A stretch of 64,000 nt of DNA from Clostridia bacterium. GTDB taxonomy: Bacteria; Bacillota; Clostridia; Oscillospirales; UBA644. Where the stretch lies: positions 171,572 to 235,571 of the forward strand of contig JAGBIM010000027.1 in NCBI GenBank assembly GCA_017934975.1. The letters run 5' to 3'. Each line of letters begins with the position of its first letter. Position 1 is the first letter of the stretch. This document shows, one piece after another, positions 10,071-19,211 of the stretch. The translations under genes and the position numbers were made by a program. The notes under the pieces are model-generated. The model worked only from the letters and a program-made list of their open reading frames with translations. It made no database searches and was not told where the DNA came from.

Positions 10071-10099
10071 TTGACAAGGATCGACGGATATGCTATAAT
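10071..10099 (+). promoter_or_regulatory. Sigma-A promoter (TTGACA, 17 bp, TATAAT) for the marR-ABC exporter operon
   Basis: Perfect consensus hexamers with a 17-bp spacer. Confidence 0.7.
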
Positions 10100-10112
10100 G
10101 AAAGAAAAAAAG

Positions 10113-10139
10113 TTGCATCTGCAACGATTGCATTTGCAA
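10113..10139 (+). promoter_or_regulatory. Tandem palindromic operator boxes TTGCATCTGCAA / TTGCATTTGCAA (putative MarR autoregulatory site)
   Basis: Two adjacent TTGCA-N2-TGCAA palindromes directly downstream of the -10, between the promoter and the marR start. Confidence 0.55.
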
Positions 10140-10152
10140 CGAAAAAAGGAGT

Positions 10153-10629
10153 GTGGACCGTTTGCCCTCTCTGATGTGGTTGTTGAATACGGTCAGCCGT
10201 TGTGCGTCGTTGTATCACGGGGACCGTTTGCGGAATACGGACCTGCGACCGCCTCACGCCCGTTGTCTGGTCGGAGTTTGCCGTCATCCCGGACTTTCCC
10301 AGGACGGGCTGGCGAAGCATCTTTGCCTGGACAAAAGCCTCATTGCGCGCCATTTGGCGTATTTGGAGGAGCACGGGTACGTGACCCGTTCCCCCGGTGC
10401 CGACAAGCGGGTCTTGTTGGTCTATCCCACGGAAAAAGGGGAGGCGATTTGCCCTCGGATCCGGGAGATTTATCGGGATTGGAACGCGTGGCTGATTTCG
10501 GAGTTCACGCCCGAGGAGCAGGAGCAGTTTGCCTCTCTGCTGGAGCGGGCGAGAAATCGCGCCGTTTCTTACGTGAACGGGGAGGGTGAAATGCCTCCTG
10601 CAGGCTCGGAAGGGGAGGTGGAACGATGA
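10153..10629 (+). CDS. MarR family transcriptional regulator
   Basis: Winged-helix MarR pattern (GLSQDGLAKHLCLDKSLIARHLAYLEEHGYVTR). Exact start uncertain (GTG 10153, TTG 10162 or ATG 10174). Confidence 0.8.
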   Translation: MDRLPSLMWLLNTVSRCASLYHGDRLRNTDLRPPHARCLVGVCRHPGLSQDGLAKHLCLDKSLIARHLAYLEEHGYVTRSPGADKRVLLVYPTEKGEAICPRIREIYRDWNAWLISEFTPEEQEQFASLLERARNRAVSYVNGEGEMPPAGSEGEVER

Positions 10630-12359
10630 AATTGATGCTTCGTTATCTGCGTCCTTATCTGAAAAGCGTGATTTGGGTGCTGATTATCAAATTCCTTGCA
10701 ACCCTTTCGGAGCTGTTTTTGCCCTATATTCTCAGTTATATTCTGGACGACGTGGTCCCGCTGGAGCGGGCGTCGCTGATCTTTCTCTGGGGCGGCGTGA
10801 TGATTTTGTGCGCCCTTGCGGCCTTCGGGTTGAATGTGTGGGCCAATCGGGGCGCGGCGGCCGTATCCCGTGACGCTACGCGGGATATCCGACACGATCT
10901 GTTCGAAAAGATTCTGGGGCTTTCTTCCCATCAGACCGATGCGTTTACCGTGCCCAGTCTGGAGTCGAGAATCACCTCCGACACCTTCCACGTGAGCCGT
11001 TTTCTCGGCATCATGCAACGCATGGGAGTTCGGGCGCCTATCCTGCTCTTCGGCGGAATTATTCTGACCGCCACCCTGGACTGGAAGCTGATGCTGGTCA
11101 TGCTCGCCGTGTTGCCCTTGATCTTCTGTGCAGTGTTTTACATCTCCCGCAAGGGAATTCCCCTTTACGGCGACGTTCAAAAGCAGGTGGACGGCATGAC
11201 GCGGGTGGTACGGGAGGATTCCAAGGGGATCCGCGTGATCAAGGCTCTTTCCCGGGTGGATTACGAGCGTAATCGCTTCGACGAGGTCAATGAATCTCTG
11301 GTTCGTGCCGAGAAGAAGGCGGGGATCACCATGGCGGCCTCCAATCCGTCCATGAACCTTTTTCTGAATCTGGGCATGACGGCGGTGATTTTCGTGGGAG
11401 CGTTGCTCATTGCCCGTGACAACGGAACGGAGGTGGGCGTCGTTACCGCCTTTACTCAATATTTTACTCTCATCGCCAACGCGTTGATGGCTGTGACTCG
11501 CATCTTCGTCATGTATACCAAGGCCTCCGCTTCGGCCCAACGCATTGAGGAGGTTTTGCAATGTGAATCGGATATGCCCCTGTTTGACAAGCGTGACTAT
11601 CCCGATCTTCCTTACGACGAGCAGAATTATCTCGTTTTTGATCACGTAAACTTTTCTTACAATAAAACGAAAAACAACCTGACCGATCTGTCCTTTTCCA
11701 TCCCGAAGGGCGGAACGCTGGGCATCATCGGGGCTACGGGAAGCGGAAAGTCCACGGTTCTTCAGCTTCTGATGCGGTTCTACGACGTGGATTCGGGCTC
11801 GGTTCGCATCGGCGGACGGGACGTTCGCACCGTTCCCTTGGGTGAGCTTCGTTCTCTCTTCGGCGCCGCCCTGCAGAACGATATTCTCTTCTCGGGCTCC
11901 GTGGAGGAAAACCTTACCTTCGGACGTGCCGTGGAGGCGGATCGCCTGCGCTCCGCCGTGGAAACGGCCCAGGCTGCGGAATTCGTGGATCAGTTGGCCG
12001 ATGGCCTAAATTATCAATTGACTGTGAAGGGAACCAACCTTTCGGGCGGCCAGAGGCAACGGTTGCTGATTGCCCGTGCTTTGGCCGCAGATCCCGATAT
12101 TCTGATTCTGGACGATTCCTCTTCTGCTCTCGACTATAAGACCGACGCCAATCTCCGCAGCGCTCTGGCCAAGCGGGATTCGGACGCCACCTGCATCGTG
12201 GTGGCACAGCGGGTCAGCTCGGTTATGAATTCGGACAAAATCCTCGTTCTGGAGGAAGGGGAAGCCATTGCCTTCGGAACCCACGAGGAATTGATGAAAT
12301 CCTGCGACGCATATCGGGAAATCAGCCATTCACAGATGGGGGGTGCCATTCTTGAGTAG
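10626..12359 (+). CDS. ABC transporter ATP-binding/permease protein (type I exporter, heterodimer subunit A)
   Basis: Six-TM exporter domain plus NBD with Walker A GATGSGKST, signature LSGGQRQR and Walker B ILILDD. Confidence 0.9.
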   Translation: MKLMLRYLRPYLKSVIWVLIIKFLATLSELFLPYILSYILDDVVPLERASLIFLWGGVMILCALAAFGLNVWANRGAAAVSRDATRDIRHDLFEKILGLSSHQTDAFTVPSLESRITSDTFHVSRFLGIMQRMGVRAPILLFGGIILTATLDWKLMLVMLAVLPLIFCAVFYISRKGIPLYGDVQKQVDGMTRVVREDSKGIRVIKALSRVDYERNRFDEVNESLVRAEKKAGITMAASNPSMNLFLNLGMTAVIFVGALLIARDNGTEVGVVTAFTQYFTLIANALMAVTRIFVMYTKASASAQRIEEVLQCESDMPLFDKRDYPDLPYDEQNYLVFDHVNFSYNKTKNNLTDLSFSIPKGGTLGIIGATGSGKSTVLQLLMRFYDVDSGSVRIGGRDVRTVPLGELRSLFGAALQNDILFSGSVEENLTFGRAVEADRLRSAVETAQAAEFVDQLADGLNYQLTVKGTNLSGGQRQRLLIARALAADPDILILDDSSSALDYKTDANLRSALAKRDSDATCIVVAQRVSSVMNSDKILVLEEGEAIAFGTHEELMKSCDAYREISHSQMGGAILE

Positions 12360-12363
12360 ACCT

Positions 12364-14235
12364 ATGGGCGGACCGCGCGGAATGGAAGGTCCTTCGAAAA
12401 AACTGGATCGCAAAAGCGGAATCAAGGTGCTCAAGCGGATGCTTTCCTCTCTGTTCCGTTATAAATGGCTGGCGCTTCTCGCTTTGTGTATGATGCTGCT
12501 CTCCAATCTTTTGGCCCTCTTCGGCCCCTTGGTTTCGGGATACGCCGTGGACTCCATGGTGGGCGACCCTTCGGGGAAACTCATCTGGCATCCCTTGTAT
12601 GACCTCTGCCGTTCCTTTTTCGATTCTCCCGCCGTGGGGGAAGTTCTGTATTACTGCGTTTTGATGGCGTTACTCTACGTGATTTCAGCGCTCCTGTCCT
12701 TCGGATTGGCGTCTCTGATGATCGTAATCAGCCAGAAAATCGTTTCTTCCATGCGAAAAGACGTTTTTCACCATCTGACCACCCTGCCCGTGCGTTACTT
12801 CGACGGACACGCAACGGGGGATATTATCAGCCGTATTTCCTACGACATCGACACCATCAATACATCTCTGTCTCACGATCTTCTGCAGATCTGCGCCAGC
12901 ATGGTGACTCTGGTGGGGTCTCTGATCGTCATGGCGTCCATTTCTCCCATGCTGCTTCTCGTCTTTGCCGTCACCGTGCCTCTCTCCGTATGGTTTACCC
13001 GACGCAAGACCCGCAAAATTCAGCCCTTTTTCCGCGCCCGTTCGGGTAAATTGGGGGATCTGAACGGATATGCGGAGGAGATGCTTTCGGGTCAGCGGAC
13101 GGTACACGCCTATCATCGGGAGGCGGACACCCTCAACCGCTTTGACGAAAAGAACGAAACGGCGGTGCAGGCCTATTATATGGCGGATTATCACGCCGCC
13201 GTCATCGGGCCTTCCGTGAACTTTATCAACAATCTCTCCATTTCCCTCGTCACCATCTTCGGTGGGCTGTTCTATATGCTCACCGTCTCCCAAGGGGAGG
13301 CCAACGTGTGGCCCCTGATCGCCATCAGCATCGGGAACGTGACCTCCTTCGTGCAGTATTCCCGCAAGTTTGCAGGCCCCATCAACGAGTTTGCCAACAT
13401 TATGAACGAAATTCAGTCTGCCATGGCGGCGGCGGAACGGGTCTTTGCCCTTCTGGACGAACCCTCCGAGCCCACCGATCGGGAAGACGCCGCCGTTCTG
13501 TCCGACGTGAAGGGGCAGGTGGAGGTTCGGGACGTGGAATTTTCCTACGTGCCCGAGAAAACCGTTCTGCACGATTTCTCCCTCAACGCACCCCCCGGCA
13601 CGGTGACCGCCATCGTAGGCCCCACGGGAGCGGGGAAGACCACGGTGATCAATCTTCTCATGCGTTTCTATGACCCGCAAAAAGGCACCGTTTCCGTGGA
13701 CGGACGGGAGAACGGCTCCGTCACGATGGAATCGCTGCGCAAGGCGTATACCATGGTTTTGCAGGATACCTGGCTGTTCTGTGGAACCGTCCACGATAAC
13801 ATCGCCTACGGACGGGACGGAGCGACCCGCGAGGACGTGATTGCGGTGGCGAAGGCGGCGCGGATCCATTCCTTTATCGAACGCCTGCCCCAAGGATACG
13901 ATACGGTCCTGTCCGACGACGGCATTAACCTTTCCAAAGGGCAAAAACAGTTGATCACCATCGCCCGCGCCATGCTTTCCGATTCTCCCATGCTTATTCT
14001 CGACGAGGCCACCTCCAACGTGGACTCCCGTACCGAGCAGCAGATTCAGCAGGCCATGCTCTCTCTGATGAAGGGACGTACCTGCTTCGTCATTGCTCAT
14101 CGGCTGTCTACCGTACAGAACGCGGACAACATCCTCGTGGTCAAGGACGGTACGGTTATCGAGCAGGGCAATCACGAACAGCTCCTCGCCTCCGGCGGAT
14201 TTTACAGCAAGCTCTACAATTCCCAGTTTGAATGA
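12364..14235 (+). CDS. ABC transporter ATP-binding/permease protein (type I exporter, heterodimer subunit B)
   Basis: TMD plus NBD (GPTGAGKTT, LSKGQKQL, LILDEATS). Start approximate (GTG 12343 / ATG 12364 / ATG 12382). Confidence 0.85.
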   Translation: MGGPRGMEGPSKKLDRKSGIKVLKRMLSSLFRYKWLALLALCMMLLSNLLALFGPLVSGYAVDSMVGDPSGKLIWHPLYDLCRSFFDSPAVGEVLYYCVLMALLYVISALLSFGLASLMIVISQKIVSSMRKDVFHHLTTLPVRYFDGHATGDIISRISYDIDTINTSLSHDLLQICASMVTLVGSLIVMASISPMLLLVFAVTVPLSVWFTRRKTRKIQPFFRARSGKLGDLNGYAEEMLSGQRTVHAYHREADTLNRFDEKNETAVQAYYMADYHAAVIGPSVNFINNLSISLVTIFGGLFYMLTVSQGEANVWPLIAISIGNVTSFVQYSRKFAGPINEFANIMNEIQSAMAAAERVFALLDEPSEPTDREDAAVLSDVKGQVEVRDVEFSYVPEKTVLHDFSLNAPPGTVTAIVGPTGAGKTTVINLLMRFYDPQKGTVSVDGRENGSVTMESLRKAYTMVLQDTWLFCGTVHDNIAYGRDGATREDVIAVAKAARIHSFIERLPQGYDTVLSDDGINLSKGQKQLITIARAMLSDSPMLILDEATSNVDSRTEQQIQQAMLSLMKGRTCFVIAHRLSTVQNADNILVVKDGTVIEQGNHEQLLASGGFYSKLYNSQFE

Positions 14236-14240
14236 CAAAA

Positions 14241-14266
14241 AAGCCCCTCTTCGGAGGGGCTTTTTT
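14241..14266 (+). terminator. Intrinsic terminator after the ABC exporter operon
   Basis: GCCCCTC-TTCG-GAGGGGC stem followed by TTTTTT. Confidence 0.85.
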
Positions 14267-14300
14267 CTGTTTCGTCTTTGTGACATTTTTTTACAGAGGC

Positions 14301-14329
14301 TTGTTTTTTTCTCTTTTTTGTGTTATACT
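14301..14329 (+). promoter_or_regulatory. Promoter for pyk (TTGTTT, 17 bp, TGTTATACT extended -10)
   Basis: Extended TG -10 with appropriate spacing about 40 nt upstream of the pyk ATG. Confidence 0.45.
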
Positions 14330-14370
14330 GTAAAATGGAAAAATTTCGAACTCCAAAAGGAGATTATGAT

Positions 14371-15783
14371 ATGCGCAAAACCAAAATCGTTTGCACCATC
14401 GGACCTGCCTGCTCCGACGAAGAAACCCTGAAGCAAATGTGTCTGGCGGGGATGAACGTGGCCCGTCTGAACTTTTCCCACGGCACCCACGAGCAGCATC
14501 TGAAGGTCATCAACACCATCAAAAAAGTGCGGGAGGAGTTGAATCTTCCCATCGCCATTCTGCTGGATACCAAAGGGCCCGAATACCGCATCAAGACCTT
14601 CCGTGACGGAAAGATTACCCTGAAAGACGGCGACACCTTTTCTCTCACCGTGGAAGACGTTGTGGGGGACGAGCATCGGGTTTCCGTGTCCTATACGGGG
14701 ATGATCAAGGATCTGAACGTAGGCGATCGGGTTCTGATCAACAACGGCCTTGTGGTTCTGGAGGTAAAGGCTCTGACCGAAACCGACGCGGTTTGCGAGG
14801 TTCTGGCGGGGGGCGTTTTGTCCGACCGCAAGAGCATGGCCTTCCCCGACAAGATTCTCAATCAGGTGTATCTGAGCGAGCAGGATAAGAAGGATCTTTT
14901 GTTCGGTATTGAGCAGGGGGTGGATTTTATTGCCTGCTCCTTCGTGTCCCGTCGGCAGGATCTGGTGGATATCCGCAACTTCCTCACGGAGCAGGGCGTG
15001 GAAATTCCCGATTTGATCGCTAAGATCGAAAACCGCGCCGGGGTCAATAATATCGAAGAAATCTGCGAAGAATGCGGCGGTATCATGATCGGCCGCGGAG
15101 ATATGGGCGTGGAAATTCCCTTTGAAGAACTGCCCGGGATTCAGAAAAAACTCATTACCAAGTGCAGTCTTTTGGGTAAGCGGGTCATCACTGCCACGGA
15201 AATGCTGGAATCCATGATTCACAACGTGCGTCCCACCCGTGCGGAGATCACCGACGTGGCCAACGCGGTCTACGACGGCACCAGCGCCATCATGCTTTCT
15301 GCGGAAACGGCGGCAGGGGAGCATCCCGTGCTGGCGGTACGCACCATGGCGCGGATTGCGGAGCATACGGAGCAGAACATCGATTACGCCACCCGCTTCC
15401 ATTCTTCCACCTTCCAGATTCAGAATATGCTGGACGCCATTTCCCACGCCACCGTGGGCATGGCCATCGATATCGGAGCGAAGGCCATCGCCGTCTGTTC
15501 TCTTTCCGGGTCCACGGCGCGGATGGTCTCCCGTTTCCGTCCGCCCATGGATATTATGGGGTTGACCACCGACGAGGGTACCTGGCGGAAGCTCTCCCTT
15601 TCGTGGGGGATTACGCCCATCATGTGCGAAACCTTCAATTCTACCGACGTTTTGTTCTACGCCGCCAAGCGGAAGACCAAAAAGACCTTGTCCCTGCAAA
15701 AGGACGATCATATCGTCATCACCGGCGGGTTGACCAACGGATGCTCGGGGAATACGGACCTGATCAAAGTGGAAACCATCTGA
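14371..15783 (+). CDS. pyk: Pyruvate kinase
   Basis: MRKTKIVCTIGPA..., NFSHG, MVARGDLG-like (MIGRGDMGVEIP) motifs. Start at ATG 14371 with AAAGGAG RBS; the ORF track begins further upstream. Confidence 0.95.
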   Translation: MRKTKIVCTIGPACSDEETLKQMCLAGMNVARLNFSHGTHEQHLKVINTIKKVREELNLPIAILLDTKGPEYRIKTFRDGKITLKDGDTFSLTVEDVVGDEHRVSVSYTGMIKDLNVGDRVLINNGLVVLEVKALTETDAVCEVLAGGVLSDRKSMAFPDKILNQVYLSEQDKKDLLFGIEQGVDFIACSFVSRRQDLVDIRNFLTEQGVEIPDLIAKIENRAGVNNIEEICEECGGIMIGRGDMGVEIPFEELPGIQKKLITKCSLLGKRVITATEMLESMIHNVRPTRAEITDVANAVYDGTSAIMLSAETAAGEHPVLAVRTMARIAEHTEQNIDYATRFHSSTFQIQNMLDAISHATVGMAIDIGAKAIAVCSLSGSTARMVSRFRPPMDIMGLTTDEGTWRKLSLSWGITPIMCETFNSTDVLFYAAKRKTKKTLSLQKDDHIVITGGLTNGCSGNTDLIKVETI

Positions 15784-15813
15784 TTTTTTGAATTCCTGGA
15801 GGGAGGATCTGCC

Positions 15814-17691
15814 ATGAAACCGCTGAAAATGATTCCCGCGTTCAAGGATTATCTTTGGGGCGGGGAAAAGCTGAAAACCGAATACGGAAAACCTTCTCCT
15901 CTTACGCCCACGGCGGAAAGCTGGGAGCTGAGCGTCCATCCCGACGGCCTTTCGGTGATCTCCGAAGGGGAGTTTGCGGGAAAGACCCTGGCGGAGGTGA
16001 TTTGCGCAAATCCGTCGATTCTGGGCACCGCTCGCAAGAGTGACGAATTGCCCGTTTTGATTAAATTTATCGACGCCGCCGACGATCTGAGCATTCAGGT
16101 CCATCCCGACGACGCCATGGCCCGCGAATGGGAAGGGCAAAACGGAAAAACCGAGATGTGGTACGTGGTGCAGGCGGACGAAGACGCAACGATCGTCTAC
16201 GGCATGAAGGAAGACGTGGATCAGAAAGCCTTCGCGTCGGCCATAGAAAATAATACGGTTCTGTCTCTGCTCAATCGGGTGCCCTCCCGAAAGGGAGCGT
16301 CCTTTTTCGTGGAGGCGGGGACGGTTCACGCCATCGGAAAGGGCAATCTGATCGCCGAAATTCAGCAGAATTCCAACGTGACCTACCGTCTTTACGATTA
16401 CGCACGGCGGGACAAAAACGGGAACTTGCGGGAACTGCATGTGGAAAAGGGCGTGCGTGCCGCCACGTTGCAAAAAGTCAAAGAGCACGCGTTGCCCGAC
16501 TGCAGTGATCAAAGCCGACTTTTGGCAAGTTGCCCCTCGTTTCAGGTGCGGGAACGGAAAATCGACGGCACCTTTTTGGGCCGCGTTTTCCCCGAAAGTT
16601 ATCTGTGTCTGATCTGCGTAGACGGATCTTTCGTTTTGAACGGAACCGAATTTTCCGCAGGGGAGACGGTGTTCTTTCCCGCCGATTCGGGGGAATATTC
16701 CTTGGAAGGTACGGGGACTCTGTTGCAGGTGACCCATCCTCCCCGCTATTTCGTGGGGGTGGACCTGGGAGGCACGAATATCGCCGCCGCCCTGGTGGAC
16801 GAATACGGGGTGATCTACGGTCGCTCCCGTCGCAAAACCCGCGCCCCCAGACCTTATGGGGAAATTTTTGACGATATGGTGGCCTGCGTGTGGGATGCGG
16901 TTTCCGCGTCGGGGCTCAAGCCCGAGGATGTGGAAGCGGTGGGGATCGGTTGTCCCGGTGCCGTCAACAAGGAGACGGGGCGGATCGATTTTTCCAATAA
17001 TCTGGATTTTTACGACGTTCCTATTTTGGAATATATGGAAAAAGCCCTTGCAAAGCCTATTTACGTGGAAAACGATGCCAACGCCGCCGCGTGGGGAGAA
17101 TTCCTCGCGGGAAGCGGGGCTGCGGTCTCCGATATGGTGCTTTTGACCCTCGGAACGGGGGTGGGGGGCGGTATCGTTACGGAAGGTCACCTTCTGACGG
17201 GCGCCTGGGGCAACGGGGCGGAATTGGGCCACGTGGTCATCCGTACGGACGGCGAGCCCTGCACCTGCGGCCGCAAGGGATGTCTGGAAGCCTACGCCTC
17301 CGCAACGGCTCTCATCCGTCAGACGAAGGCGGCCATGAAGGCCCATCCCGAAAGCACGCTCTGGCAGGACGTGCAGGGGGATTTGGACAAGGTCAACGGA
17401 AAAACCGTTTTTGATTCCTCCGATCCCGTGGCTCTGTCCGTGGTGGAGCAATACGCGGAATATCTGGCGGAAGGGGTCGTGAATTTCGTCAATATCTTCC
17501 AGCCGGAAATCATCGTCCTCGGCGGTGGGATCAGCGCCTCGGGGGATCGGCTGTTGCCCATTCTCCAAAAAGCGATTGAGGAGCGCTCCTTCGCCCGATT
17601 CGGAAAGAAGAACACCCGCGCGGTCTGCGCCACCCTCGGCAACGATGCGGGCATCATCGGCGCGGCGCTTCTTTGGAAAAACGGAAAATAA
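15814..17691 (+). CDS. Bifunctional fusion: type-I mannose-6-phosphate isomerase (N) plus ROK-family sugar kinase (C)
   Basis: N-terminal about 300 aa with ManA class I pattern (IPAFKDYLWGG, QVHPDD, EMWYV cupin His/Glu). C-terminal about 320 aa ROK kinase (VGVDLGGTNIAAALVD, CTCGRKGCLEAYAS zinc motif). Single continuous frame. Confidence 0.85.
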   Translation: MKPLKMIPAFKDYLWGGEKLKTEYGKPSPLTPTAESWELSVHPDGLSVISEGEFAGKTLAEVICANPSILGTARKSDELPVLIKFIDAADDLSIQVHPDDAMAREWEGQNGKTEMWYVVQADEDATIVYGMKEDVDQKAFASAIENNTVLSLLNRVPSRKGASFFVEAGTVHAIGKGNLIAEIQQNSNVTYRLYDYARRDKNGNLRELHVEKGVRAATLQKVKEHALPDCSDQSRLLASCPSFQVRERKIDGTFLGRVFPESYLCLICVDGSFVLNGTEFSAGETVFFPADSGEYSLEGTGTLLQVTHPPRYFVGVDLGGTNIAAALVDEYGVIYGRSRRKTRAPRPYGEIFDDMVACVWDAVSASGLKPEDVEAVGIGCPGAVNKETGRIDFSNNLDFYDVPILEYMEKALAKPIYVENDANAAAWGEFLAGSGAAVSDMVLLTLGTGVGGGIVTEGHLLTGAWGNGAELGHVVIRTDGEPCTCGRKGCLEAYASATALIRQTKAAMKAHPESTLWQDVQGDLDKVNGKTVFDSSDPVALSVVEQYAEYLAEGVVNFVNIFQPEIIVLGGGISASGDRLLPILQKAIEERSFARFGKKNTRAVCATLGNDAGIIGAALLWKNGK

Positions 17692-17696
17692 AATCA

Positions 17697-17726
17697 GGGG
17701 TCGGATGTATTCCGACCCCGTTTTTT
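17697..17726. terminator. Bidirectional intrinsic terminator
   Basis: GGGGTCGGA-TGTAT-TCCGACCCC followed by TTTTTT. Sits between convergent genes. Confidence 0.85.
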
Positions 17727-17740
17727 ACGGATTTCTTCGG

Positions 17741-19126
17741 TTAGTTGTTTTCTTTCGGTCGCAGACGTTTTGTCCAGTATCCTTTGCGATAGAGGTACCA
17801 GTCGATGGCCATGCGGGCGCATTGGTCTCCCGCCACGGCGATCTGGGCGTAGAAGATGTTCAATCCGCACAGACCCACCAGGATCCAGCCCAAAAATACG
17901 CGGAAAACCCAAAGGCTTCCAAAGGATGCAATGAGGGGGGATCGGGTGTCGCCTGCTCCCCGCAAGGCCCCTGCGATGGGTTGATGAATGGCTACGGGAA
18001 ATCCGCAGCACGCGGCAAGGGGAAGCAGCATGGTGGCCTCTTTTGCCACCTCCAGATCGCTGGTAAACAGATGGCACAGCGGTTTTGAGAACAGTACCAG
18101 GAGTCCGGTCAGAACGCACATCCACGTGAAGGAGGTTCGGGTGATAAAGCTCGTGTATCCGCGGCATTTGTCCTCCCGTCCTTCCCCCAGGTGAATTCCC
18201 ATGTAGGTGGTGGAGGCGATGGCGCAGGATCCGCCCACGTTCCAGATAAATCCGCTGATGCGGCTGGCTACGCTGTAAGCGGAGAACTGGATCTTCGGAA
18301 TCCCCGCGATAATCTTGGTGAACAGTACGTTTCCGCCCTGCAGAATCACCTGCTCCACGGCGGCGGTGGACCCGGTTTTTATCACCCGATTCAGAATCCG
18401 CTTCGTGGGGAGGAAGGACTCCTTGAAGGAGAACTGAACGGGTGTCTTTTTTATGGAAATAACGGCAAATGCGAGGATGAACGCAATCACCTGCGAGGCT
18501 ACGGTGGCGATTGCGGCTCCCTTGATTCCCATGGGTTCAAAGCCTAACTTTCCGAAGATCAGCACGTAGTTCAATCCCACGTTTGCGGAGTTTGCGATGA
18601 CGTTGTAGTACATGGTGTACTTGGTGATCTTCACGCCGCGCAAGGCCGCGCTGATGTTGTAGGTCATGAAGTGGAAGAAAAAGCCGATGGAGATAATGGA
18701 GAAATAATCTCTTGCTCCTTGGAATACGGCCGGATCCTCACAACCCATAAAATGAACGATGGCGTCCGTGCCGAAGAAGCAGATTAGGGACAGAATCAAC
18801 CCCAGTCCTCCCGTGACCAGCAGGGTTTGCTGGGCCGTGATCTTCGCATCTTTGGGGGATCGGCTTCCCAAAAACCAGGCAACCGTTGCGGTGGTCCCTA
18901 CGCAGAAGGCGTTCATGACGTTGAGCAAAAAGCCCGAGAGGGACGTGCAGATTCCTACGGCGGCAATGGCCGTGGCTGCATCCGGGGAATGCCCCAGCAT
19001 GGCGGAGTCTACCAGAGAAAAGGTATGGGAAAGCAATGCTTCTGCCAACGCGGGCAGGATCATGAAAATGACCGTTCGCTTTTCCGCTTTGCTCAGGGAA
19101 TACTTGGCAAGTCCTTGCGTTTGCAT
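17741..19126 (-). CDS. MATE family efflux transporter
   Basis: 12-TM MATE pattern. Start at internal ATG 19126 with AGGAGG RBS; the ORF extends to 19174. Confidence 0.85.
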   Translation of the reverse strand: MQTQGLAKYSLSKAEKRTVIFMILPALAEALLSHTFSLVDSAMLGHSPDAATAIAAVGICTSLSGFLLNVMNAFCVGTTATVAWFLGSRSPKDAKITAQQTLLVTGGLGLILSLICFFGTDAIVHFMGCEDPAVFQGARDYFSIISIGFFFHFMTYNISAALRGVKITKYTMYYNVIANSANVGLNYVLIFGKLGFEPMGIKGAAIATVASQVIAFILAFAVISIKKTPVQFSFKESFLPTKRILNRVIKTGSTAAVEQVILQGGNVLFTKIIAGIPKIQFSAYSVASRISGFIWNVGGSCAIASTTYMGIHLGEGREDKCRGYTSFITRTSFTWMCVLTGLLVLFSKPLCHLFTSDLEVAKEATMLLPLAACCGFPVAIHQPIAGALRGAGDTRSPLIASFGSLWVFRVFLGWILVGLCGLNIFYAQIAVAGDQCARMAIDWYLYRKGYWTKRLRPKENN

Positions 19127-19211
19127 CCGAAATTCCTCCTGTTTCCCGGGGTAAGAAAGGTTTTTGATATGCAAAGGGAGAGTCCTGCTTTGCGGCAGAA
19201 CTCTCCGGTTA

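Noticed and set aside
12343-12364. Alternative earlier GTG start for the second ABC exporter subunit, overlapping the first subunit
   Set aside because: No clearly better RBS. Start set provisionally at ATG 12364 just after the upstream stop. The exact start is uncertain.
14323-17568. 1081-aa ORF on the minus strand, plus similar long antisense ORFs (341-1306, 12685-14286, 21111-22703, 39594-42980, 19164-20438, 33989-35491, 35884-37662, 37740-39266, 51994-53946)
   Set aside because: They lie entirely antisense to genes with clear homologs (pyk, manA-ROK, ABC transporters, pot genes and others). They have Gly/Arg/His/Val-rich low-complexity composition typical of GC-rich antisense frames and no RBS-start pairing. 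They are treated as artefacts.
15814-17691. ManA-ROK fusion being a pseudogene or assembly frameshift
   Set aside because: The reading frame is continuous through the junction, and both halves retain their catalytic and zinc motifs. Kept as a genuine fusion, pending read-level verification.
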